DNA of 43,643 nt from a virus. The notes under the pieces were generated by a model. It did not search any database. It saw only the letters and a list, made by a program, of their open reading frames with translations, and was not told where the DNA came from. Position 1 is the first letter of the stretch, and every line of letters begins with the position of its first letter. This document shows, piece after piece, positions 33,408-40,404 of the stretch. Made by a program: the position numbers and the translations under genes. Where the stretch lies: positions 1 through 43,643 of IMG/VR virus record IMGVR_UViG_3300045988_006838; one strand, 5' to 3'.

Positions 33408-33435
33408 CGCCTTTTCCTCCTCTCCGCAATCAACA

Positions 33436-33448
33436 AAAACTAAGTTTT
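33436..33448. promoter_or_regulatory. Palindromic operator candidate AAAACTaAGTTTT
   Basis: Perfect 6+1+6 inverted repeat abutting the -35 of promoter 33451; related half-sites ACTTAG/CTAAGT at 33068, 33457, 33567, 33591. Confidence 0.45.
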
Positions 33449-33450
33449 AC

Positions 33451-33478
33451 TTGACAACTTAGCAAACTGTGGTATTAT
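33451..33478 (+). promoter_or_regulatory. Promoter TTGACA-16-TGgTATTAT upstream of the CI-like gene
   Basis: TTGACA 33451..33456; TATTAT 33473..33478 preceded by TG. Confidence 0.55.
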
Positions 33479-33631
33479 GGAAGTGCCAACAACCCTTAAT
33501 ATTTTCCGCAGTCCGCTAAGTGCAGGGGGCTTGGTTTTGTATTGTCCTCTGCAAGTTTAAGTATACCTAAGTATTTCCTAAATGTCAATAAAAACTTAGA
33601 GTTGTTAAGGGTTAAATATTGCTAAATTTTA

Positions 33632-34012
33632 ATGGTACTTTTTATGCAAATTGACACTTCATCCGTTTTGCGGCGAATTGAAATTCGTCTGGCAGAAATA
33701 GAGATGCCGAAACAAGTCTTTTATGAAAAAAGCGGGATTTCTTCCGGTTCTTATTCACAATGGAACACTGGAATGCATAGTCCCAGCCTTAAAAAGCTGC
33801 AAAAAGCGGCTTTAGTGCTTGGCGTTCCCGTGGAATACCTCCTCTACGGCGATGCCCCCGCAGCTTCGCAGGGCGCAAAAAAAGCGCTCACCAAAACCGG
33901 TGAGCGCGAATTAGATATGTCCTTAATCAAGCGTCTTGTTCAATTGACGCCGGACGAGATGGAGAAGGTTGACGCATTTGTTCAAGGCCTCTTAGCATCT
34001 CGTCAAGGATAA
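33632..34012 (+). CDS. CI-like XRE-family repressor
   Basis: 126 aa (start 33632 or ATG 33644); ...MPKQVFYEKSGISSGSYSQWNTGMHSPSLKKLQKAALVLGVPVEYLLYG; divergent from cro-like gene. Confidence 0.7.
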   Translation: MVLFMQIDTSSVLRRIEIRLAEIEMPKQVFYEKSGISSGSYSQWNTGMHSPSLKKLQKAALVLGVPVEYLLYGDAPAASQGAKKALTKTGERELDMSLIKRLVQLTPDEMEKVDAFVQGLLASRQG

Positions 34013-34218
34013 GCTTTTCTTCGTGAGTGAGCTGCGATATGTATCTTGCTGCTTGCTGTTCGTTCATCTCGTTTTTCCTCCATCGTTTTTGTTGGTGGCG
34101 GGTATTTTGTGTGCGAGTTCGACAATTTCCGCCTTGATATAGTTTATGCTGCTGTGTTATGGTTGTTTTACCGCAAAACGCAGCAGAAAAAATTTTTTTA
34201 AAAGAGGGAGATTGCAAA

Positions 34219-34656
34219 ATGAAAAAGTGGTTCTTGATGACCGGATTGATTTTATACATCCTTGTTTTGGCGGCGTGTGGGGGTTCTGGGCAGGCCGCGC
34301 AACAAGCGGAAGAAACACCGCCTTCCCCGCCCGATTTAACGGGAGAGTGGACGCAGACAAACAGCAATTCAGAAGATGCTTGGCAGATGGCCGTTATCAC
34401 AAACACAGATATCACGGTTTACTGGGTCATGGATAACGGCGATACAAAGTCGCTTTATTGGGCAGGCACGTTCGTCCCGCCTACCGATACAACGGAGCCG
34501 TATATTTGGGATTCCCAGAACGACACAGAGCAAACCGGAATGGCGATACTTGCCAGTGGGGACGATACAAAGGCGTTTACTTATAGCGATGGCTTCATTA
34601 GCTACGAGGTTTCCGCCCTCGGAACAACAACGACCGTCCGCCTATCTAAATCATAA
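34219..34656 (+). CDS. Prophage lipoprotein (superinfection-exclusion candidate)
   Basis: ATG 34219 with AGAGGGAG RBS; signal peptide plus lipobox MKKWFLMTGLILYILVLAAC. Confidence 0.7.
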   Translation: MKKWFLMTGLILYILVLAACGGSGQAAQQAEETPPSPPDLTGEWTQTNSNSEDAWQMAVITNTDITVYWVMDNGDTKSLYWAGTFVPPTDTTEPYIWDSQNDTEQTGMAILASGDDTKAFTYSDGFISYEVSALGTTTTVRLSKS

Positions 34657-34664
34657 TGCAAACT

Positions 34665-34702
34665 GCCCTCCGCCGTCTCCGCAACAACGGCGGAGGGCTT
34701 TT
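34665..34702 (+). terminator. Rho-independent terminator after lipoprotein gene
   Basis: GCCCTCCGCCG...CGGCGGAGGGC plus TTTT. Confidence 0.6.
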
Positions 34703-34849
34703 CCCGACGGGCACCCACCATGCCCGCCGTGCAAAAACAGGGTAGCAACAACAACTTGGGTAGGTCAATGCCGAAGACGGGCATTCGACAAAACTAGACA
34801 TGCCGACATTCGGGTATTTCCTACCCAACAATGGGGAGAGGAGCAGAAA

Positions 34850-35401
34850 ATGAGCAAGTCTTTACAGGATATATGCAGAGAGGCCAGAGACCGACAAGGA
34901 ATGACCAATCAGGACGTTGCAGACAATTCCAACGTGCCGCTTTCCAGTGTGCAAAACTTTTTTGCATCTACATCCAAAACGCCAACTGTAAATAACTCCG
35001 GCAACATATGCCGGGCCTGTGGTGTATCGCTGGACAAGTATTTTAGCATCACGCCGGATGTTCTGCCGGAAGATCAAATAGAACAAATGGAACGCGATCA
35101 CAAAGCGGAGCTGGTAATGGCAAATCTGGAAGGACGGATAGAACAGCTTTCCAAGACCGAGAAGCGTATGCGAATATCGCTTTACAGTATCTCCGTCCTT
35201 GCTGTGGTTTTGCTAATGACGTTAATCGGCTATGTGGCGTTTGACTATCAGTTGCCCAACGTCGGCCTTATTCAGGGCAAGCAGGCCAGCACTTTGGCGT
35301 GGATCGTCATCATTCTGCTGGCTGTCGGCGCTGGTGTGATCGTATCTGCGTTTTTGAGCGCCCTGCGATACGGTAAATTTATTGCACCGAAGGAAAAATA
35401 G
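34850..35401 (+). CDS. Membrane-anchored XRE-type HTH protein (two C-terminal TM helices)
   Basis: ATG 34850 with GGGGAGAGGAG RBS; N-terminal HTH (GMTNQDVADNSNVPLSSVQNFF), TM segments ISLYSISVLAVVLLMTLIGYVAF and LAWIVIILLAVGAGVIVSAFL. Confidence 0.6.
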   Translation: MSKSLQDICREARDRQGMTNQDVADNSNVPLSSVQNFFASTSKTPTVNNSGNICRACGVSLDKYFSITPDVLPEDQIEQMERDHKAELVMANLEGRIEQLSKTEKRMRISLYSISVLAVVLLMTLIGYVAFDYQLPNVGLIQGKQASTLAWIVIILLAVGAGVIVSAFLSALRYGKFIAPKEK

Positions 35402-35403
35402 AC

Positions 35404-36495
35404 GTGGAATGTAAGAGCTGCAAAAAAGAAATACCGGACGGCGCGGTGTTTTGCCCCTGGTGCGGCAAGAAACAGGCCACAGCGCCCCGCAAGGCGTTGA
35501 AGCGTCCCAACGGAGCAGGGACTGTTTATAAGCTCTCAGGCCGCCGTACAAGGCCGTGGGTGGCCGCGAAAAACAAGGTCATCGTCGGATACTACGAGAA
35601 GAAAACGGACGCTCTTGCGGCCTTGGAAAAGCTTTCCGGCAAGGACTTGGATGAGCGGTACAACATGACGTTCGCGGAAGTCTTTACAGAGTGGAAAGCG
35701 GAGCATTACCGTGAGATTGGTGAAAAGGGCATTGAGACTTACGAACGCGCTTATGTGATCTTTCAACCGCTGCACGATAAGAAATTCCGCAGTCTGCGCA
35801 CCGCCGATTTTCAAGCTGTGATCGACCAGCACATGAGCAAAAGCCACTCCACCGTCAACAAGTACAAGCAGCTCATTACCCAGATGTCCACATGGGCCGT
35901 GCGGGAGGAGATTTGCACCACCAACTTTGCCCGGTTTGTGAAGCTTCCGGAAAACGTCAAAAAAGAAAAGGACGTGTTTACCGCCGCCGAGATAAAAAAG
36001 CTGGAAAAGGACGGCAGCGATACCGCCAAGATCATCCTCATGCTCCTTGCCACCGGCATGCGCATTGGCGAACTGTTCAACTTACCACTGAAAGATTATC
36101 ACGGCGATTATGTGATCGGCGGCGAAAAGACGGAAGCGGGCAAAAACCGCATTATCCCCATCCGGCCAGAAGGGCAAGAATATTTTGCATACTTTGCAAA
36201 AAAAGCAAACGGCAGTTTGCTAATTTCTGGTTACGAAGGGCAAAAAGTCCCTGCCAATTTCCGCAGGCGGGAATATTACCCCTTGCTGGAAAAGCTCAAG
36301 ATAGAAAGAAAGACCCCCCATGCCACGCGGCACACTTACGCCACCCGCGCAGTCAAGGAAGGTCTTGCCCCTGAATATCTGCAAAAAATTCTTGGCCATG
36401 CCAATTATGCCACCACCGCCGACGTTTACACCCACATTGACGCCGAAACGCTGGTTGGTGCGGTTGCTAGCGCGTTACTAACAAAGCAAAAATAG
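35404..36495 (+). CDS. int: Tyrosine integrase with N-terminal zinc ribbon
   Basis: GTG start; CKSCKKEIPDGAVFCPWCG; catalytic ATGMRIGE (R), HATRHTYAT (HxxR), ILGH, DVYTH (Y). Confidence 0.9.
   Translation: MECKSCKKEIPDGAVFCPWCGKKQATAPRKALKRPNGAGTVYKLSGRRTRPWVAAKNKVIVGYYEKKTDALAALEKLSGKDLDERYNMTFAEVFTEWKAEHYREIGEKGIETYERAYVIFQPLHDKKFRSLRTADFQAVIDQHMSKSHSTVNKYKQLITQMSTWAVREEICTTNFARFVKLPENVKKEKDVFTAAEIKKLEKDGSDTAKIILMLLATGMRIGELFNLPLKDYHGDYVIGGEKTEAGKNRIIPIRPEGQEYFAYFAKKANGSLLISGYEGQKVPANFRRREYYPLLEKLKIERKTPHATRHTYATRAVKEGLAPEYLQKILGHANYATTADVYTHIDAETLVGAVASALLTKQK
36466..36484 (+). repeat. 19-bp direct repeat copy 1 (gctagcGCGttactaacaa), candidate integrase arm site
   Basis: 16/19 identical to 36702..36720; the two copies flank the att core. 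Confidence 0.4.
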
Positions 36496-36507
36496 CAGAA
36501 AAAGAAA

Positions 36508-36543
36508 AATCCCCGTAATCCGCATGGTTACGAGGATTTTCTT
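36508..36543 (+). terminator. Rho-independent terminator after integrase
   Basis: AATCCCCGTAA tccgcatgg TTACGAGGATT plus TTTCTT. Confidence 0.6.
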
Positions 36544-36590
36544 GGTGCCCCGTCGGGGATTCGAACCCCGGACACCCTGCTTAAAAGGCA
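36543..36590 (-). other. attP core: 3' 48 nt of a tRNA-Lys(UUU) gene (anticodon loop to CCA), no 5' half
   Basis: Minus strand TGC CTTTTAA GCAGG GTGTC CGGGG TTCGAAT CCCCG ACGGGGC A CCA; no complementary 5' acceptor strand nearby; next to integrase. Confidence 0.7.
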
Positions 36591-36701
36591 TAGCCAGCAA
36601 TCAAAAGTCGAGAACAAGTTGATATTTTTCAGAAATACACGGCAATATTGCAAGTTTTTCTCAAAAAGTGTTTCCTTGTTCCTGCGTGTTTTCACCTGGT
36701 A

Positions 36702-36720
36702 GCTAGCAAATTACTAACAA
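36702..36720 (+). repeat. 19-bp direct repeat copy 2 (gctagcAAAttactaacaa)
   Basis: See 36466..36484. Confidence 0.4.
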
Positions 36721-36722
36721 TT

Positions 36723-37049
36723 TTACCGCCCCAGCTTTGCCATCACGCTGTTGTATACTCGGCTATTGGAAATGATCAGCGCATCCATTAGCTCATCCAT
36801 CACGCCCCACGCCTTTTCCGGCGACACTTTGGCAACCGCCTGTAAAAACGGGCTGTCGCCGTACTCGCCTACCAACTGCATTTCCGGAGCGGGCGCGGCG
36901 GAGTACATGACCGGCATTTCCGAAAGGCTTACCTTTTTGTGTTGATTTGCGATGGTGTATAACGCGGCTAGCTTTTCATAGTTGCTCCAGCTGGATTCTT
37001 CGGTTTCAAGCCTACTAATCCATAGCTGCACTTCCTTCTCGTCGATCAC
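36723..37049 (-). CDS. Cargo gene 8: hypothetical protein
   Basis: 108 aa; GTG start after GGGGGTG; last gene before attP. Confidence 0.5.
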   Translation of the reverse strand: MIDEKEVQLWISRLETEESSWSNYEKLAALYTIANQHKKVSLSEMPVMYSAAPAPEMQLVGEYGDSPFLQAVAKVSPEKAWGVMDELMDALIISNSRVYNSVMAKLGR

Positions 37050-37063
37050 GGGGGCGCACCCCC

Positions 37064-37438
37064 TTACATGTTCTCCATCTGCGTCATGCAGCGCCGAAGA
37101 ACTTCACGCACGTTGTCATCGTCGGTGTCGCGAATCATGTCCTGTAGCTGGCGGCGCATATGCTCACGGGCGTCATCCCGGCTATAGCGGCCCATAGAAT
37201 CGCGGTGGCGGCCACGGTAAGAACTGCCCCGCCCGTAAGTGCCGCGAATGTCGGCGTCCCAATCGCCGCTGCGGGAATAGCCGCCGTCGTACATTTCGAT
37301 CTTGTCGATGTTCTTGATGGAAGAAACGGCCTTGTGGATGATCTCCAGATCACCGGCGCCCAGCTCGCCCTTGCGGGCCAGCTCGTTTAGTTCCTCGCAC
37401 AGCATATCCCGGATGTCGTTTAATGCTTTCATGCTCAT
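37064..37438 (-). CDS. Cargo gene 7: hypothetical protein with Arg/Gly/Ser/Tyr-rich centre
   Basis: ATG 37438 with AAAGGAGCG RBS; ...YDGGYSRSGDWDADIRGTYGRGSSYRGRHRDSMGRYSRDD... Confidence 0.55.
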   Translation of the reverse strand: MSMKALNDIRDMLCEELNELARKGELGAGDLEIIHKAVSSIKNIDKIEMYDGGYSRSGDWDADIRGTYGRGSSYRGRHRDSMGRYSRDDAREHMRRQLQDMIRDTDDDNVREVLRRCMTQMENM

Positions 37439-37451
37439 GTTATCGCTCCTT

Positions 37452-37874
37452 TCAAGAAATTCGGTCAACGGCCATGTTGGAGTTGGCAAAGCTGACGGCC
37501 TGCGTGCTGGTGTTTTCCATTGCCACAGTTAGGCAGCAGTTGCGCGGTACCTCCACGATGGTGCTGACGTAGATATTGAAGTAGTTTTCCACCGCCGCAG
37601 GCGTAACGATAGCTGTCGCGCTGTTCAGCGGTTCACCGTTAATCGCCAGAGCTGCGCTGATCGCTTCCACCGTGCCGCCGGTGGGGATAGCGATGTTGCC
37701 GCCAAAAGCGACGCGGAATCGGGCTTTACACTGGTTGGTTAAACCCCGCAACGTTACAATTCCAGCGCCAGGACGGTGAACGATGCAAGGCTTGCTATTG
37801 ACCGCAGCTTCAGTAAGCGGAACATTCTGACTGGCGGCAACAGTCTGAATTGCCACAGAAGTAAATTCTGCCAT
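37452..37874 (-). CDS. Cargo gene 6: predicted beta-sandwich protein (C1q/TNF- or BclA-CTD-like pattern, tentative)
   Basis: 140 aa; RBS AAAGGAATG; alternating beta-strand pattern ...RFRVAFGGNIAIPTGGTVEAISAALAINGEPL... Confidence 0.5.
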   Translation of the reverse strand: MAEFTSVAIQTVAASQNVPLTEAAVNSKPCIVHRPGAGIVTLRGLTNQCKARFRVAFGGNIAIPTGGTVEAISAALAINGEPLNSATAIVTPAAVENYFNIYVSTIVEVPRNCCLTVAMENTSTQAVSFANSNMAVDRIS

Positions 37875-37892
37875 TTATATCATTCCTTTCTC

Positions 37893-37926
37893 AAAAAATA
37901 CAGCGGCGGAGCCAAAGCCCCGCCGC
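37893..37926 (-). terminator. Rho-independent terminator inside the cargo block
   Basis: Minus strand GCGGCGGGGCtttgGCTCCGCCGC plus TGTATTTTTTG. Confidence 0.55.
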
Positions 37927-37993
37927 GTTGGTGTCAGTATCAGCACGGGGCTGAACAGTTCGGAAATTCCGAACAGCTGATGCTATGCAGTTT

Positions 37994-38735
37994 TCAGCAG
38001 CCGCAACCGGTTCCGCATCCGCCATAGCTGCTGCCCGACCAAGGATTACAAGTGATGTAAGCCGGGGTGGGGCAAGGGCGCAGCTGGGAAATCAGGTAGT
38101 TGTTCTGTGCAGCCTGAGAAGCGGCAAGGCGCAGCTCCTGATTGGCACTTTCCAGATCGCGCATCTTGCTCTGCGTCAGGAAGTCAAGGATAGCGCGGCT
38201 ATTCTGGTTCTGGTTGTCGATGATGTCACGCGCAGCGGTGTTGACCGTGTTGCGGGTATCGCACGCCTGCGTCGCCATGTCGTACCGAACCTGGGCAATA
38301 GCCGCCCGGTTCTCGCAACAGCACTCCTGGTTCTGCATCTGCATGGCGGTCAGCTGCTGCATCAAAGCGGCCTGTTGATTGCAGCGCGCTAGTTCCGCAG
38401 CGGAGAAGCCGCTAGTTACGGCCTGTGTTACACCGGCAAAGCCGTTCAGCATACCGGTATTCATGGCGTAGAAGCCGTCACAGATGCCGTTATTCACCGC
38501 GTCCAGTTTGCGCTCGATGTTGGCAAAGTCAGAGGTCAGAACATAACCGTCCATCACGCCGTTGCCGCCGCCACCGAAGCCAAAGCCGTTACCCCAGCCG
38601 CCGAACGCAGCGAAAATGAGGAACAGCACGATCCACCACGCGCCATCACCGCCCCCAGCCAAAGCCGTTACCGTTGCCGGCGTTGGCTGGAGCCACAGGC
38701 ATAGTCAGCATGGTGCCGTCAGAGGAAAGAGACAT
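37994..38735 (-). CDS. Cargo gene 5: Gly-rich membrane protein with Cys-rich C-terminus, interrupted by a frameshift at a G5 run
   Basis: Strong RBS AAAGGAGTG plus ATG 38735 opens a 29-codon ORF ending TGA at 38646; the +1 frame (from 38662) continues 222 aa: GGDGAWWIVLFLIFAAFGGWGNGFGFGGGG...CCCENR...YGGCGTGCGC. Confidence 0.55.
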
Positions 38736-38788
38736 AGTATCACTCCTTTTGAAAAAATATTTATATCAAACCGTGGCCACGATTTTGA

Positions 38789-39010
38789 TTACTTGAAAAG
38801 CCCCTGAAATTGATTCGCCATTGACTGTATCTTGTTCAACTGGTCTTGTGAGATTCTGCCGCTTTGTAGCATTTTCTCTACTTCCGCTTTTGGGTCGCCT
38901 TTAAAGTTCGCTTTGAATTGCTTAAACTGCTGCAAAAGCTGAGGAAAGCCGTTCATCGACCCCGGCATCTGTCCGCCGCCCAACGCATTGAAAAACGGAT
39001 TGTTACTCAT
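38789..39010 (-). CDS. Cargo gene 4: small Gln-rich protein
   Basis: 73 aa; start overlaps upstream stop by 8 nt; MSNNPFFNALGGGQMPGSMNGFPQLLQQFKQFK... Confidence 0.55.
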   Translation of the reverse strand: MSNNPFFNALGGGQMPGSMNGFPQLLQQFKQFKANFKGDPKAEVEKMLQSGRISQDQLNKIQSMANQFQGLFK

Positions 39011-39455
39011 CGTCCTCTTCCTCCTCCACCTTGCGTTTCTTCTTCCCCTTTATTTCGCCCACAAGTGCCGCCAGCGCGTCGAACTCTTTACGGGTCACAT
39101 ATTCCGGAGGGTAAGTTTTCTGCGCGTCAGAGGCGCTTGCAAGGCGTTCTACAAGGTCATACGTCTTGAGCGTCGGCTTGCCGCTTGCATCGGCCTGTTT
39201 AAGGTACACCACGGGAGCCGTGCTGTCCCACAGCGCAATGGCGGAGTTAGGCGCGATCAGCCAGTTTTCCGCCTCCGGCCTACCAGCCACCCACTGCACG
39301 CCGCCCTGCGCTACCGGGTTCTGCATGAGCGGAATCTGCGGTATCTGCGGTATCTGCTGCGGTGGCATGGTCTGCATCTGCTGCTGCCGAAGTTGGGCGA
39401 GGTTGTCCTGCATCGGCTGCGGGTAATAAGGGTTGAAATACGAGTTAAATGCCAT
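39003..39455 (-). CDS. Cargo gene 3: Gln/Pro-rich N-terminus, globular middle, KKKRK plus acidic tail
   Basis: 150 aa; 9-bp x2.7 repeat at 39334..39357 encodes QIPQIPQIP; ...VVYLKQADASGKPTLKTYDL... Confidence 0.55.
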   Translation of the reverse strand: MAFNSYFNPYYPQPMQDNLAQLRQQQMQTMPPQQIPQIPQIPLMQNPVAQGGVQWVAGRPEAENWLIAPNSAIALWDSTAPVVYLKQADASGKPTLKTYDLVERLASASDAQKTYPPEYVTRKEFDALAALVGEIKGKKKRKVEEEEDDE

Positions 39456-39457
39456 TG

Positions 39458-39841
39458 TTACGCCTCACTTTCTTTTTGCCAGTAATACAAAACAATTTCG
39501 TTTTCGCTGTTCCAGCTGTCGTAAATCACGCCGTCCTGAACGCACACGACGTGCCCAGATAGCGCAAGGATAAACGTCCCTTCCGGGTGGTCGTCGGCGA
39601 ACCTACCGACCGTGTAGCAATCCGGGCAAGTGTCCGGCACAATGTACCGCCGGTAGCCTATTCGCCGCAGATATGCACCCCACACTGCGTTGGCCGACGG
39701 CATATCCCCTTCCAGATAACCCTGCACCGCCATAGCAAGGTACGTTTCGCCCCACTCTTTCCCTGTGGCTTTTGAGATTGCCCTTACCGTGCAGTCCCCC
39801 ACATTTTTGCCTCGTGGATTTTTGTTGAAATAGCTATACAT
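39458..39841 (-). CDS. Cargo gene 2: putative papain-like cysteine peptidase fold protein
   Basis: ATG 39841; NVGDCTVRAISKATGKEW (Cys) ... LSGHVVCVQDGVIYDSW (His). Confidence 0.4.
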   Translation of the reverse strand: MYSYFNKNPRGKNVGDCTVRAISKATGKEWGETYLAMAVQGYLEGDMPSANAVWGAYLRRIGYRRYIVPDTCPDCYTVGRFADDHPEGTFILALSGHVVCVQDGVIYDSWNSENEIVLYYWQKESEA

Positions 39842-39983
39842 ATTCCTGCCTGTCATCGAAAAACAGTTCGATGATGTGGACAAACATAGAGAGACCTGAT
39901 TCGTCGTTTTCATACAGTCGGCAAATATCCGCTGCCATTTCCTCTGTGTATCCGCACTCGATCAATCGCTCTCTGTTGCTCAT
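39834..39983 (-). CDS. Cargo gene 1: 49-aa hypothetical protein
   Basis: ATG 39983 with AAGGAGGTG RBS (track start is an extension); MSNRERLIECGYTEEMAADICRLYENDESGL... Confidence 0.45.
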   Translation of the reverse strand: MSNRERLIECGYTEEMAADICRLYENDESGLSMFVHIIELFFDDRQEYV

Positions 39984-40009
39984 GTCCGCACCTCCTTGCT
40001 TCTTCCAGT

Positions 40010-40062
40010 ATAAAAGAAAAAAGACCAAACAAATGGCCGATAAATGGTCATTGTTTGGTCTT
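40010..40062 (-). terminator. Strong Rho-independent terminator (near-bidirectional) after the sigma-like gene
   Basis: AGACCAAACAA...TTGTTTGGTCT stem; minus strand followed by TTTTTTCTTTT. Confidence 0.7.
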
Positions 40063-40066
40063 TTGA

Positions 40067-40306
40067 CTATAAATTCTTTATATGGTCTGCGATTTTTCCG
40101 TAAGCGCGTCGTCTGCGCCGGTTGATGTATTCCGGCGTAACATAATGTTGTGTGCATAGCTGTGCGTAGCTTTTGCCTTTTACGTCGCACTCGATCAGGA
40201 AAAATGCTTCGTCGCTTGGCAATCCCAGACCGGCGATGAAACTCACCGCCCGCTGGGGCGCCATAGACTGCAACTTTGCCCGGATATCACGATGTGTCGG
40301 ATTCAT
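40067..40306 (-). CDS. Sigma-70 region-4-like HTH regulator
   Basis: ATG 40306; LPSDEAFFLIECDVKGKSYAQLCTQHYVTPEYINRRRRRAYGKIADHI. Confidence 0.5.
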   Translation of the reverse strand: MNPTHRDIRAKLQSMAPQRAVSFIAGLGLPSDEAFFLIECDVKGKSYAQLCTQHYVTPEYINRRRRRAYGKIADHIKNL

Positions 40307-40404
40307 GCTGATTCCCACGCCGTGAGCTTGCGGAGCTTGCGCGGAGGAGGAGGACGGCGGATCGTAGCCTCACGCCTCGCTCAGATTTGTGCCCAACTTG
40401 GGCA

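Noticed and set aside
33070-33429. 119-aa minus-strand ORF filling the cro/cI intergenic region
   Set aside because: It has no RBS and an implausible sequence. It spans both promoters, the operator motifs and a plus-strand terminator, and cro already has a clear RBS and start at 33044.
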